Positions 46,158 through 64,000 of a stretch of DNA of 64,000 bases are shown here, piece after piece. Location of the stretch: NCBI GenBank assembly GCA_009602735.1, contig WELA01001245.1, positions 64,415 through 128,414 on the forward strand, read 5' to 3'. How positions within the stretch are numbered: position 1 is the first letter of the stretch; each line of letters starts with the position of its first letter. Both the position numbers and the translations under genes were made by a program. The notes beneath the pieces are model-generated. The model had not been told where the DNA came from, did no database searches, and saw nothing but the letters and a program-made list of their open reading frames with translations. The stretch is from Mesotaenium endlicherianum (Eukaryota).

Positions 46158-49100
46158 NGACAAAGAGCATCACCTCTTGTCAAATCATCCCCGCCCGTGC
46201 AGCTCCGTCCCACGGGCGGCGGTTGCCCTCCCATCTGCCCCCTTCCGCCCTCAGCTAAGATCCTCATCCCCTGTCAAATCGTCCCCACGCTGCAGCTCCG
46301 GCCCATGGTGGTGGTGGGGCCCGTGTGGACGGGGCCCCTGCACTCGGGGCCCTTCGTGAAGCGCATGGCTGACCTGGCGCACGCCTGGGGCTGGACGGAG
46401 CCCGTCCGGGCGGCGGCCGCGGCGGGCGGCGACGGCAGGGGCGCCAAGGTGTGGGTCAAGAAGAAGAGTAAGGGCGGGCAGAAGCACACGCTGGGGGAGC
46501 TCCTGGGCATCATGCAGGAGGAGAGCAACCCCCACCTGCCCCCCTGGTACCTCGGCCTCGACAATGTGAGCAGACCCTCACCCCTAGCCCCAAAACTCAG
46601 ACCCTGCAATCTCCCTGGGTTCCCCCTTTCTCTCCCCCCCCTCCCTTCCCCCTCTTCCTCCTCCTCCTCCCCCTCTGCCTCTGACACTGCCTCTGCCACT
46701 GCCTCCGTCACTGCCTCTGCCAATGTCAACACTACAGGTCCAACAACCCCTGCTCCTCCTCCTACTCCTCCTGCTGCTGCAGCTGCTGCTGCTCCTGCAG
46801 GCGCACGCTCGGCAGGTGCTTCTGGGCTGCCCTCGCCGCCCACATGCCCGCCTCTCCCCGCAGCCTTGCCTGCCTCATTCTCAGAGGAAAGGGACAAACC
46901 CACGGGCTCCTCAAGCGCATGCCCTGAAGGAGTCCCAGCATCAGTCCCGGGAAAAGGGGGAGGAGGAGGGGAAGGAGAGCCCTCGGTGGTTCTCTGAGAG
47001 TGCGCCTGCGTTGACTTCTTGCCCTTCTTATGGGACGCCTGCTGCCGCGCCGGGCTGGAGGAGCCAAACTCGCGAGGAGCGGCGCTGGAGCGCTTCTTCT
47101 CCTGTGGCGCCGCCACGTGGGAGGATGGTGGCGCCGCCACGTAGGAGAACAGGGATGGTGCCGCCATCTCCTCGAGCTCCCGCTCCGCCCACGCCGGCAG
47201 CCTGTGCCTACTCACGGCGCCTCGTGTGGGGCTCGCCGCCCCCTCTTGGGCCAAGATCGGCGAGCTCCTCTCTGACATGCTGCCTCCCTCCTCCTGCCAC
47301 TGCCCCTGGCCCTGGCCCTGCCCCTGCCCTTGCTCCTCCTGCTCCAGCACGTCCTGCTCCTCATTGTGCCCCTGCCCCTGCCCCTGCTCCTCCCACTCCT
47401 CCTGCCCATCCTCCTGCCCCAGCCCCTGTCCCTGCCACTCCTGCTCCTGCCACTGCTGCTCATGCTCCCGCTCCTTCTCCTGCTCCTCCTGCTTCTGCTC
47501 CTGCTCCTCCTCCTGCTTCCCTTCAGAAATGGCAACGGTCAAGGCTGGTGCGGAGTCTCCGTGTGCAACATGAGGCGCCCGATGGCTCCTCCGCTTCTCG
47601 CCATCCGCTAGCTGCCGCCGCCGCTGCTGCTTTTGCTGCCGCTCTTCGGGTTGCTGCTGCCGCTCGCCCTCCGTTGCCTTCGGAAGGCTCCCGGAGTGGC
47701 CAAGCAGCCCCAGGAGCTCCCCCGAGTTCTCATTCGTCAGAAGGTCTAGGTGGGAGTCCAGGAACGTCGTGGGCGGATCGGGGGGCTTGCCTGCCGCCCT
47801 CGGATGCGGATCTGACGGTGGGGGGCGACGAAGGCGCAGGCCCGTGCGGGGCCCGCTTTCCCCATTTGTCTCCCCACCCCTCGCGCCAGAAGTGGCTCCG
47901 GAGCCCATCAGTTGGGCAGAGCCCCCACTCTTCTGCAGCACTTGCACGTGTGGCGCCTGGNGGCTCAGATCTCAAAGCTGGGCCAGGTGGCGACGCCTTC
48001 GCGCCTGAAGCTCATCAAGGCCCTCCGCGAGGTACTCCCTCTCTCTCCCTCTCTCTCTCTCTCTTTCTCATGTGCATACCCTCTATCACTCTCTCTCTCT
48101 CTCTCTCACACACACACGCACTGACACGCACGCACACACAGACACACGCAACACACGCACGCTTGCACACGAAGTCATATAGCTATTTACGTCTAGTCGT
48201 GCGTTTGCGAAAGCTCAGAACCCACCCAGACTTCCCTCCCTATATGCATCTACAGTCCTGGGCATGTGTGTACCCGTAGCTCAGATGGGTCCGAGCAAAG
48301 GATAGAGGAGGAGCCCCACCACCCCTGCAAGGCTCGTGATATTGTATACAGGAAGATTCGCATTTTACGAAAAGCCTCTTCCTACTTTCTCCCCCCACAT
48401 TGGCCCCCCATCTCCTCATCGTGCCTCGTCTTGCAATCATGAATTTTCTGGCACAACCTTCAGTTTCCGGCACTCGCGTCAGAGCTCCAGCTCTCCTCTC
48501 CCCTTTCTCTCTCCCCCTGCCTCAGCCTCGAACCGCCATCGTGAGCAAGGAGGAAAGTGAGTGTGGAGCGCCGAGAGGCAGGAGCTTCAAATTGGAAACG
48601 ACAGTGAAAGGCGCGGATGGTGCAGAAGTTTGAGTGGTACCACAACCGCACACATCCCTTCAGAAGTTCCAACGAGCTTGGACCAGTCTCACTTGTAAAA
48701 CGTGCTCCAAAAGTAAGATGCTATGGCCAGTGCCTGCCTGGGCCTATCACAAGCATTTGTGTAAGAACCAAGAGCAATAGAATGCAACGCCGTGTTTGCC
48801 ACAGTCATAGGCCTGACTGACAGATGTGTACGCCGCTTCACTGCACTCATCCAGCCATGGCTGTTGGCATGGCCAGCCCTGCTTTCAGACATGGCTCTCG
48901 CGCTCGCGTCAGTTCCCGAGTTCATGCATTCCCGGTGCCCTCGGGACGGGCGGCTTGACCGCCTCCATCTTGCATGCGCCAAGTGGCGTGTTCTAAGGAC
49001 CAGGGGCCATTTGCGAGTGCAAGAAGGGGCTCTGGCTTCCCACTCCTGAGCTCAGGCCGTTGCTTGGCTTGTTCTGCTTGTTACCACCCTGCGTGCTTCA

Positions 49101-50340
49101 AACTCTTATATCCAAAGACCTGTCTCAAAAACCCGAGTTGTCAAGAGTGCGCGTGGGGGTGAAGCGCTCCCTGGAGCTTTGCTGTGTGAGGAGGGTTTGC
49201 CTGTCTTTTTGCCCTCCTTTGCGTGTGCATGTGTCTCTTTTCTCTTTTCGTGACGCTTTGGCTCTCCCTGTTGCTTGAGCCTCAGATCCTGATGGACCCC
49301 CCACTGGCCTACTTCAAACGAGTGGTACACCGGTCACGACGGACGGTGGCGCGTGTTTGAGTGCGCTGTGTTCGTGGCTGCGTCCCCTGGCCTTGCAGAG
49401 TGGGCACCACTCTGGGCTCCTTCAAACGAGTGACGATAGGTGGATACTAAGAACTATCAGATGGTGCACGTGTGAGGGGGTGTGCCTTGTGCCGTGGTGC
49501 TGTGTGCGTGCCCGCCCGTGCGGAGCAGGAGTGGGTGCACCACAAACGAGAGTGACGTGGATGCGAGAGCCGTGTGGCTCACTCTGTGCGCTGCTGAGCG
49601 TTGCCGTGCGTTGCCGTGTGTTTCCATGTGTCCCTGTGTGTGTATATGTGTTCACTTGGCAGAGCGGGTACCACGCAAGCAGATCGCATGTGGAGGCCAG
49701 CGCGGTGAAGACAAACGCGTCGGTCAGCGCCATCATCGAGGCCGCTCGCAGGCTGGACCCCCGGCTCCGCAGCGAGCCCTCTGGGGCACCGCCGGGAACA
49801 GCGCCAGATGCGCCGGGGCCGGCAGCAGGAGTGGGAGGAGCAGGAGGAGCAGCAGCGATGGAGGCAGTAGTACCACCACCACCAGCAGCAGCAGCAGCGG
49901 AGGCAGTTTTGGCAGCAGCAGCAGCAGCAACGGAGGCAGTTTTGGCAGCGGCAGCAGCAATAACGATAGTACCAGCAGCAGCGGCAGCCGCAGCAGAGGC
50001 GGTAGAACGAGCGGGAGCACCGGGGGCAGTGGCGGCAGCTGCGTCGGCAGCAGCGGCAGCAGCGCCAGAGGCAATACCAGCAGCAGCAGCTGCAGCTGCA
50101 GCAGCGGAGGCGGTTGCACCGGCAGGAGTACCGGGGGAGGCAGTGCTGGCAGCAGAAGAAACAGGATCAGCAACGCTAGAGGGGGTGGCACCACCAGAAG
50201 CTGCAGCAGCTGGAGCACCAGGCGCACTAGTGGCACCACCCGCAGCAGCAGCAGAGCTAGAGGCGCAAGCACCAGCAGCAGCGGCAGGAGCAGCAACATC
50301 AGAGGCAATACCGGCAGCAGCAGCAAGTCATGGCGCATGA
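40984..50340 (+). CDS. TRM1: tRNA (guanine-26-N2)-dimethyltransferase, organellar/cyanobacterial-like TRM1 type, 7 or more exons
   Basis: Exons: 40984-42753 (contains an N gap), 43815-43963, 44542-44742, 45463-45568, 46296-46565, 47969-48031, 49663-50340. Motifs: SFYRQESALGRDL, SAM-binding VMDAMCGSGVRGVRY, YDLIDIDSFGS, LYVTCTDG, NELGLRMLIG, CHLC, GPVWTGPLH, GYHASRSHVEASAVKTNA. Long transit-peptide-like N-terminus. Confidence 0.92.
43755..43809 (+). repeat. 12-13 bp minisatellite (gtgccc(c)tctggc) x4 abutting the TRM1 exon 2 acceptor
   Basis: Directly visible; it ends 5 nt before the exon at 43815. Confidence 0.9.
46065..46157. repeat. Poly-C homopolymer (~90 nt as assembled) ending at an N
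   Basis: Directly visible; the length is unreliable. Confidence 0.85.
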
Positions 50341-52633
50341 GCCTCCACTCGGAAAAGCTCCAGGGTGTTTTACCCTTTGCTGAAAGACCTCGAACCTGGT
50401 CAAAGCCGAACCTTGTCCAACGCCACCCGTGCCTGCTTTACACCTTACTGGATTAGGCAGGGCTCTTTTAGGGGTTGCAACTTCATGAATCATAGAATAA
50501 GGTTATTTTAATTGCTGTATGAAACATGATGGCGATTGTATTGGGTGGTGCTGATGGTGACGGCACAGAAATAGCTCTCACATATAGTACAACTATGAGG
50601 CTTTCATGCTGAATTTCAATAGTGCCTTCAGCTCTTTGGAGGTAACAAGTGCTCCGCAGACGTGCGCGCCCAGGAGAGTGAGGGGGGAGGCGCAGAGTGG
50701 GGAGGGAGGCATCTTGGCAGAAAAGCTGGCGTAAAGAGAGCATTTTTTGGGAAGTTAAAAGCTTGTGATAGGCAGGCGAAGGATACACTTGTTGTGGATA
50801 GTTTCCAGCTTGAGCTTTGTGTCTTCTACCTTTCGTAGCTAGGCGAGAACTTAAAAGCATGCTAGTAGCCTTGTTTGTGCTTCTCTCATTAGACTAAAAC
50901 AAATATCATCAATACAGAGTGATTTTGTCTGATATTGAAGTTCCATCCTAGTAGTGCATTCTTCTTATTCTTGATATAACCACTGGTCCTTCATGAAGGC
51001 AACATTTGAAGGCACATTTGTCACAATGGTCAGCAATTGACGTACACTCCAGCGGTATAGATGCTGCATGATAAACTGAGACTTTATTGTGATAGAGGGA
51101 CCTTATATGATGATCGTGCGATATGACTGCGTCCCGATCGGTGAGGTGGCCTCCCCCTTTTCAGTTCCATATTTTTTTCTTGTATGGTGGAACAAAATTG
51201 GTGTAAGGGTCAACTCAAACATACTCCAAGAGAATTTTTTGAAGCATTTTTGTTTGGCATAATAACATCCCACGACGTAGAGGCATTCATATTTTTTTGT
51301 GGAGTTTATGCGACATCCACTGAGCATCATAAGGGTATTATAAGAACATCTTTTCTTTTTGTCGGACTTAACAACATCCAAAACAGCAAATGACATCGAA
51401 AAAGTATAGAATCGAGGGTCCAGGTGCCCTACAGGCAGGTGCCCTGCTCTCCTCAGTTAAATCATGACAAGATACGGCGTCTGCGTTTGTTTGCGCAAAT
51501 TTGTGTACCTTACGGCATGGGGTGATAGTTCCCTCCAAAATCCGGGCGTTTATTGCGACACTTTTTCGCTTGCGGCATGATTTCTCCAGCCAATTCTAGC
51601 CCCTGATGGGTACGTAATCAAAAGAACGGAGACCTTGTCGCTCGACATTCTTCTGAAAACTTTCAATGAATTAAAAAAGTCGAAGCCAGTTAGCACCCCA
51701 TGCTGACGAGAGGATGCCGAGATAAGATTCGGACTCGGCGACTTCGTCAACATGTTTTGACAGCGGGAAATAGCGGGCAACTTTGTGCCGACAACCGCTG
51801 GGGTCAATTCTCAGCGTTAATTATCAACATCAGCTGAAACGGGCTTTGAGAGTTTGCACCCTTTCGCTGCGACATCACGCCCGTACCAAATCCCCGCCAA
51901 GCGTCTCTTTCATTCGGTCACGTCCTTCCAAGTTTCACCAGCGAGGGCCTTCCAAGTTTCACCATGCAGCGCCTTTTCTCTGCCCCTTGAACATAGCTTT
52001 CCCCGTCAACACCACCATTAGTCTTCCTTACAGTCGTTCGGCTGGCCCTTCACGGTGTACAGTCACCTGAAAGTACTCGGCTGACTTGCAGCAAGCGCTC
52101 ATCGAGACTTCCCGTGTCGCTGCGATCGAGTCCAAACGCCCGTTCTTGACACAGAATACTTCAGTCTCAGTATCGCCCAGAAGACACAGGTATCGTACAG
52201 AGCTTTGGTACCGAGTGCTTCAAATTAAGGGATATTAAACTTGTGTGTCGTAATCTAGCAGTTGTTATCCAAGCTCTTCGAATGTACTGGTGACAGTTTC
52301 CTAAGCATCCCCTGCACAGCATAGCTGGCGCACTCCTTACAAAGATCGGACCACTGGCGCAAAGTTTCAAAATCAGGCTAACAGAGGAAATTGAAGCTCA
52401 ACCCTAGTCTGAGAGAATGTGGGCAGATGGAGGACTCCGGGTTGACTTGCCTGGAAGAGGGCAGGAGGCTGTCTACCAGTAGTAATACGGACACACACGC
52501 ACAGCTCCCCGCCACTTCAGCAGCCTGCTTCCCTTGTACGTGTCACGGGAGCCTACAGCCTGCCTTCGTGAGGCACTCATTCTCTTTACTAGTCAGAGTT
52601 ATCCTTGCCCTGCGGTCTGCTCTTGCGAGTGCC

Positions 52634-54136
52634 ATGGCGGCTCTAACAGACGGTGCCTATGCGAGGGTTCAGACAGAAGACCAGTATGTGGTTGAGCGGA
52701 AGGCCTACAGACCAATCAAAGGAAAATTCAGCAAGTCTAAGGTAGCGCCCTCGCATGCACGGCCAAGTGGGCCACCCAAGTCGAGAATGGGCGGGAGAGA
52801 GGGGAGGGACTTGGAAAGAGGCGTGTATGAAAAGGACCCCAAGACACGGAGTGGCAACCCCGTGTTCAGACTGAGTGAGGTAGCCAATTACCAGGAGAAG
52901 GAGCGCAGAGACGTGGCCAAATATACGCTAGCGTCGAAGGCGCAGGAGCCAGAAGAGGGCCAAGTGTACGCCTGGGATGAGCGCAAGCTCGAGAAGGAGA
53001 TCGAGGGCAACATTTTCTTAGTCAAGGCAAGGGGCTCTTTTGGCAGCGCTGGCATTTCTGAAGTAGAGCTGGCCCCTCCCCTTCCAGACTGGCAGCCCTT
53101 TGCTGACTTGGAGCTCCGCGAGAAGAACAGAAAGGCAAAAGTTGCTACCACCCTCAAAGCCCCCTTGGAGGAAGTCACATTCAGAGTGGGGGGGCCGACG
53201 TCCTCACGGGCTGGCGCAGTGGGCGCCCATGGTGCCAGCAAGGCACACTCTACTTCGGAGTCTCTCTGGGAGGACAAGGCCCTGGGTGCCGAGAGCAGCT
53301 CTGAGAACGAAGATGAAGGCGAGGCTGGCCCTGGTGCCAGCGCTGGGTCTAGCGCTGGCGCTTGCGCAACGTCCAACCAGGAGGCGCCAGGTGGAACCCC
53401 CTCGGGAAGCAAGCTGTGGAAGAGCTTCATCAACTGCCTGCGCAATCAGCAGCGCAGCGAGCAGCAGAAAGCCGACAGCATGCCCCTCCACCCCGCCAGG
53501 TGGCACCAGAAGCACAGCAGCAGAGTGCGCCCCCCTGTGTGGGCCCCACCGGGCACTGCAGTGCCCCACCAGCGTCTCCCTCCTCTGCCACCTAAGCCCT
53601 TTGTGCTGCCTCCGATGAACAAAGAGCACGTGGGCAGGAAGACTCTGGTGCTCGATCTGGACGAGACGCTCGTGCACTCGTCGTTCAAGCCCATCCCCAA
53701 CCCCGACTACATCGTGCGCGTGGAGATCGACGGGCGCGTTACGGACGTGCACGTGCTCAAGCGGCCGGGCGTGGACGAGTTTCTGCGGGCCATGGCCGCC
53801 CTTTTTGAAATTGTGGTGTTCACTGCCAGCCTCAGCAAGTACGCGGACCCCCTGCTCGACCTCCTAGACAGGGAGGGCACCATTGCGCATCGCCTCTTCA
53901 GAGAGAGCTGCTTCCATTCCGACGGCGCGTACGTGAAGGACCTCTCGGTTCTGGGACGCGACTTGAAATCGACGCTGATCGTCGACAACAGCCCGTGCTC
54001 GTACATCTTCCACCCGGAGAACGCCATTCCTATTTCCAGCTACATCGACGACCCTTCAGACATCGAGCTCGTGGAACTCATTCCGTACCTACAAGCTGTG
54101 GTGTCGCTTGACGATGTTCGAGGGATTGCTAACTGA
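52634..54136 (+). CDS. SCP/CTDSP (FCP1/NIF, HAD family) small CTD phosphatase-like protein, single coding exon
   Basis: Catalytic KTLVLDLDETLVHSSF, KRPGVDEFL, FEIVVFTASLSKYADPLLDLLD, RLFRESC, YVKDLSVLGRDL, IVDNSP. The ATG at 52634 is in GCCATGG context; an in-frame upstream ATG at 52428 is an alternative start. Confidence 0.93.
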   Translation: MAALTDGAYARVQTEDQYVVERKAYRPIKGKFSKSKVAPSHARPSGPPKSRMGGREGRDLERGVYEKDPKTRSGNPVFRLSEVANYQEKERRDVAKYTLASKAQEPEEGQVYAWDERKLEKEIEGNIFLVKARGSFGSAGISEVELAPPLPDWQPFADLELREKNRKAKVATTLKAPLEEVTFRVGGPTSSRAGAVGAHGASKAHSTSESLWEDKALGAESSSENEDEGEAGPGASAGSSAGACATSNQEAPGGTPSGSKLWKSFINCLRNQQRSEQQKADSMPLHPARWHQKHSSRVRPPVWAPPGTAVPHQRLPPLPPKPFVLPPMNKEHVGRKTLVLDLDETLVHSSFKPIPNPDYIVRVEIDGRVTDVHVLKRPGVDEFLRAMAALFEIVVFTASLSKYADPLLDLLDREGTIAHRLFRESCFHSDGAYVKDLSVLGRDLKSTLIVDNSPCSYIFHPENAIPISSYIDDPSDIELVELIPYLQAVVSLDDVRGIAN

Positions 54137-55369
54137 TGAGTTGGGCAACTTGGCAATAATGCATGCAAAGGAGTGCACGTGCGTGCACTATAGCTGTGCT
54201 ATTTCTGTGGTCCTTGAGGTCGAGATGCTGGATGAAGCATCTTTGTACATTACATTCAAGTTATTTTAAAAGGACACAGAGGAGCTAGGACCATATGTAG
54301 TATCTATCTCAAGACTAAGTATGCACTGTGTAGATCGTAGGAGTTGTTTATAAAGATCCCGTTTCACCCAAATGTACTCATCGCTCTGATGGCAGTACTA
54401 TATTCATTTCTCCACCCTGCTGAGTTCAAATGCTTGCATGAAGTAAGAGCACCATCTTGTTCAAAATTCCTCCAGAAACATGCTTCTTATGCAGCATCAA
54501 GCTGTGCAACATCGGCATGACCCAACCCACGATGAAAGCTAGGAGTCAAGAAGGATAACAGAAAGGGAGTACACATGACATCATAGGAAAACCTAACTAC
54601 ATCCTGTTGAATGCTGCTCCGCCACTACTACCCACGAGGCACCTCCCTACGACTTTACTCTCCACCGCTCCGCTTGCTGTGATTTTCACTCGCTAGCCCC
54701 CTTTACACCTGCAGCATAGAGTGCACAGACCGGCTGGACAGCACACCAAGTCGGCCAGCACTACGCTCGGAAGCCCGCGACGCTGCTGAGTGCTTCTCCG
54801 CAGACCAGCTTTGCAACAGTGCTCCCTCAGCAAATCAGCTCCAAGTTCCAGCATTGCTCTGGAGTACTCTCCGCTTTTACTGGCTCTCACAGCTCTCTTC
54901 TGTTCTCGCTCCCTTCTCTACTTCCTGTTCCCATAATGCCTCGCCATGGTGTGAGTCCACACTCCGCGCTCGTCCATACAGGATAAAGTGTGCAGAGGCC
55001 GGCTTGAGAGAACCCTGCACTCGCTTCCTACCACAGCTTGCTAGTGGTCCTATGAGCCGTGAGGCGCACAAGCGCCTGAGCCCACCGAGCGTGTGAGATG
55101 GGAGGCGCAGCAGAGGGAGGGCGCGAGACCTGGAAGGCTCCGTAAGGCGCCACCTGGGGCAGAAGCTGGGTCTTAAAGGGAGCACCTGTGTGCTCCCTTA
55201 GGACCTTACCAGAATGCACTTCCTGTCTTCCATAAGCCACTCATCAGGTGACTTTGAGAGGGCCGAGAAACTAACTGAAGGACAAATGAATGGGAAACCA
55301 AAAGGGCCAGTGTAGGACTGTAACTTCCGAGTACACACAGACACTGCCAGCATGCAGCGAGCCAGCTGT

Positions 55370-62429
<7,060 letters not shown>

Positions 62430-63620
62430 CTGCTCGCCATGGTTGTGCGCGCGCACCCACATACACGCACACACAAGTGCACACGCACACACGCGCACAC
62501 ACGCACGCTCACACATGCGCGCAGGCACAGAAAAGTTTCAGCAATGGCACTCTCCAGCTGCAGCAAGCATCCCACACACGCGTCCCCAGGCGGGTCAGCA
62601 TGCACTAGATGACATGTCACGCACCGCATCACTGCCTGACCTTTGATTGTTGGAGTGAACCAGCCAGCCAGCCAGCCAGCCAGCTGCGAGACCCTCAGGT
62701 GCAAGTATGAACAGCACCCGCAGCACACCCGGCAGCGGCTCGTCCAAAGACAACATGCTCCTCCTGAGGCTCACCTCAATTTTGTGGTCTCATACACTGC
62801 TGCCCCCTGTCCTTGCACAGATGCCCAGGTGCAGAGGGAGGATGGGTTGGGGTGGCCCCCGGAGGGAGGGCAGGAGGGGGGGGGGGGNNNNNNNNNNNNN
62901 NNNNNNNNNNNNNNNNNNNNNNNNNNNNNNNNNNNNNNNNNNNNNNNNNNNNNNNNNNNNNNNNNNNNNNNNNNNNNNNNNNNNNNNNNNNNNNNNNNNN
63001 NNNNNNNNNNNNNNNNNNNNNNNNNNNNNNNNNNNNNNNNNNNNNNNNNNNNNNNNNNNNNNNNNNNNNNNNNNNNNNNNNNNNNNNNNNNNNNNNNNNN
63101 NNNNNNNNNNNNNNNNNNNNNNNNNNNNNNNNNNNNNNNNNNNNNNNNNNNNNNNNNNNNNNNNNNNNNNNNNNNNNNNNNNNNNNNNNNNNNNNNNNNN
63201 NNNNNNNNNNNNNNNNNNNNNNNNNNNNNNNNNNNNNNNNNNNNNNNNNNNNNNNNNNNNNNNNNNNNNNNNNNNNNNNNNNNNNNNNNNNNNNNNNNNN
63301 NNNNNNNNNNNNNNNNNNNNNNNNNNNNNNNNNNNNNNNNNNNNNNNNNNNNNNNNNNNNNNNNNNNNNNNNNNNNNNNNNNNNNNNNNNNNNNNNNNNN
63401 NNNNNNNNNNNNNNNNNNNNNNNNNNNNNNNNNNNNNNNNNNNNNNNNNNNNNNNNNNNNNNNNNNNNNNNNNNNNNNNNNNNNNNNNNNNNNNNNNNNN
63501 NNNNNNNNNNNNNNNNNNNNNNNNNNNNNNNNNNNNNNNNNNNNNNNNNNNNNNNNNNNNNNNNNNNNNNNNNNNNNNNNNNNNNNNNNNNNNNNNNNNN
63601 NNNNNNNNNNNNNNNNNNNN

Positions 63621-63691
<71 letters not shown>

Positions 63692-64000
63692 CGAGAGCGA
63701 GAGAGAGAGAGATGCAGACACGCACACACGCGCACACACACACCCACGCACGCTCACCCACACACTGCTATCACATGGAAGGGGGGTTCCCCTGCGGCTG
63801 GTGGGCTGTGCCAGCCTGGTGGAGGGCAAGCTAGCGGTGCTCCCCGTGAGGAGCCAGCGGATTGGATTCTCCACGGAGCGACCAAAGCAGGCCTTCTTAC
63901 TGACACGCACGCACGTAAGCACGCATGCATGCATGCTTGCACGTGAGCACACTTGCATGCAGGCACGCATGCCCTCCCACCTGTGCCCTATCTGGATTCG
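63621..64000. repeat. Apparently identical copy of 61441-61812
   Basis: The sequence after the GA tract (gatgcagacacgc...tatctggattcg) matches 61522-61812 base for base by eye and gives identical ORF translations. Confidence 0.92.

Noticed and set aside
47226..47573. Metallothionein-like Cys-rich ORF
   Set aside because: Product of (TCCTGC/CCCTGC)n repeats in a TRM1 intron, with a non-ATG start.

Overview
Eukaryotic, intron-rich, GC-rich nuclear DNA from a gapped draft assembly. It is most likely a streptophyte green alga or early-diverging plant (inference from plant-type RKP, SYP5, PPT1 and TRM1 proteins plus a U12-type intron). Eight protein-coding genes can be reconstructed by hand-splicing: RKP/RNF123 E3 ligase (5' exon only, minus), COQ2/PPT1 (8 exons, minus), a BAG6-like ubiquitin-domain protein (17 exons, plus), SYP51/52 syntaxin (6 exons, minus), an unrecognised Tyr-rich protein with a C-terminal CCCH finger (minus), an organellar-type TRM1 tRNA methyltransferase (7 exons, plus), an intronless SCP/CTDSP phosphatase (plus), and the 3' part of a KDM4/JMJD2-type JmjC demethylase with a zf-CW domain (minus). 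No rRNA, tRNA, CRISPR array or intact mobile element was recognised. The most striking unexplained pattern is repeated 'echoes' of exon/intron boundaries: degenerate local copies of real splice junctions sitting in the adjacent intron, at six junctions in two genes. Other highlights are a clear U12 intron, an obligatory GC-AG intron, an 11-nt microexon completing a zinc finger, 10-bp-phased motif arrays and degenerate telomere-like islands in introns. All family assignments come from recognising motifs by eye, not from database searches.
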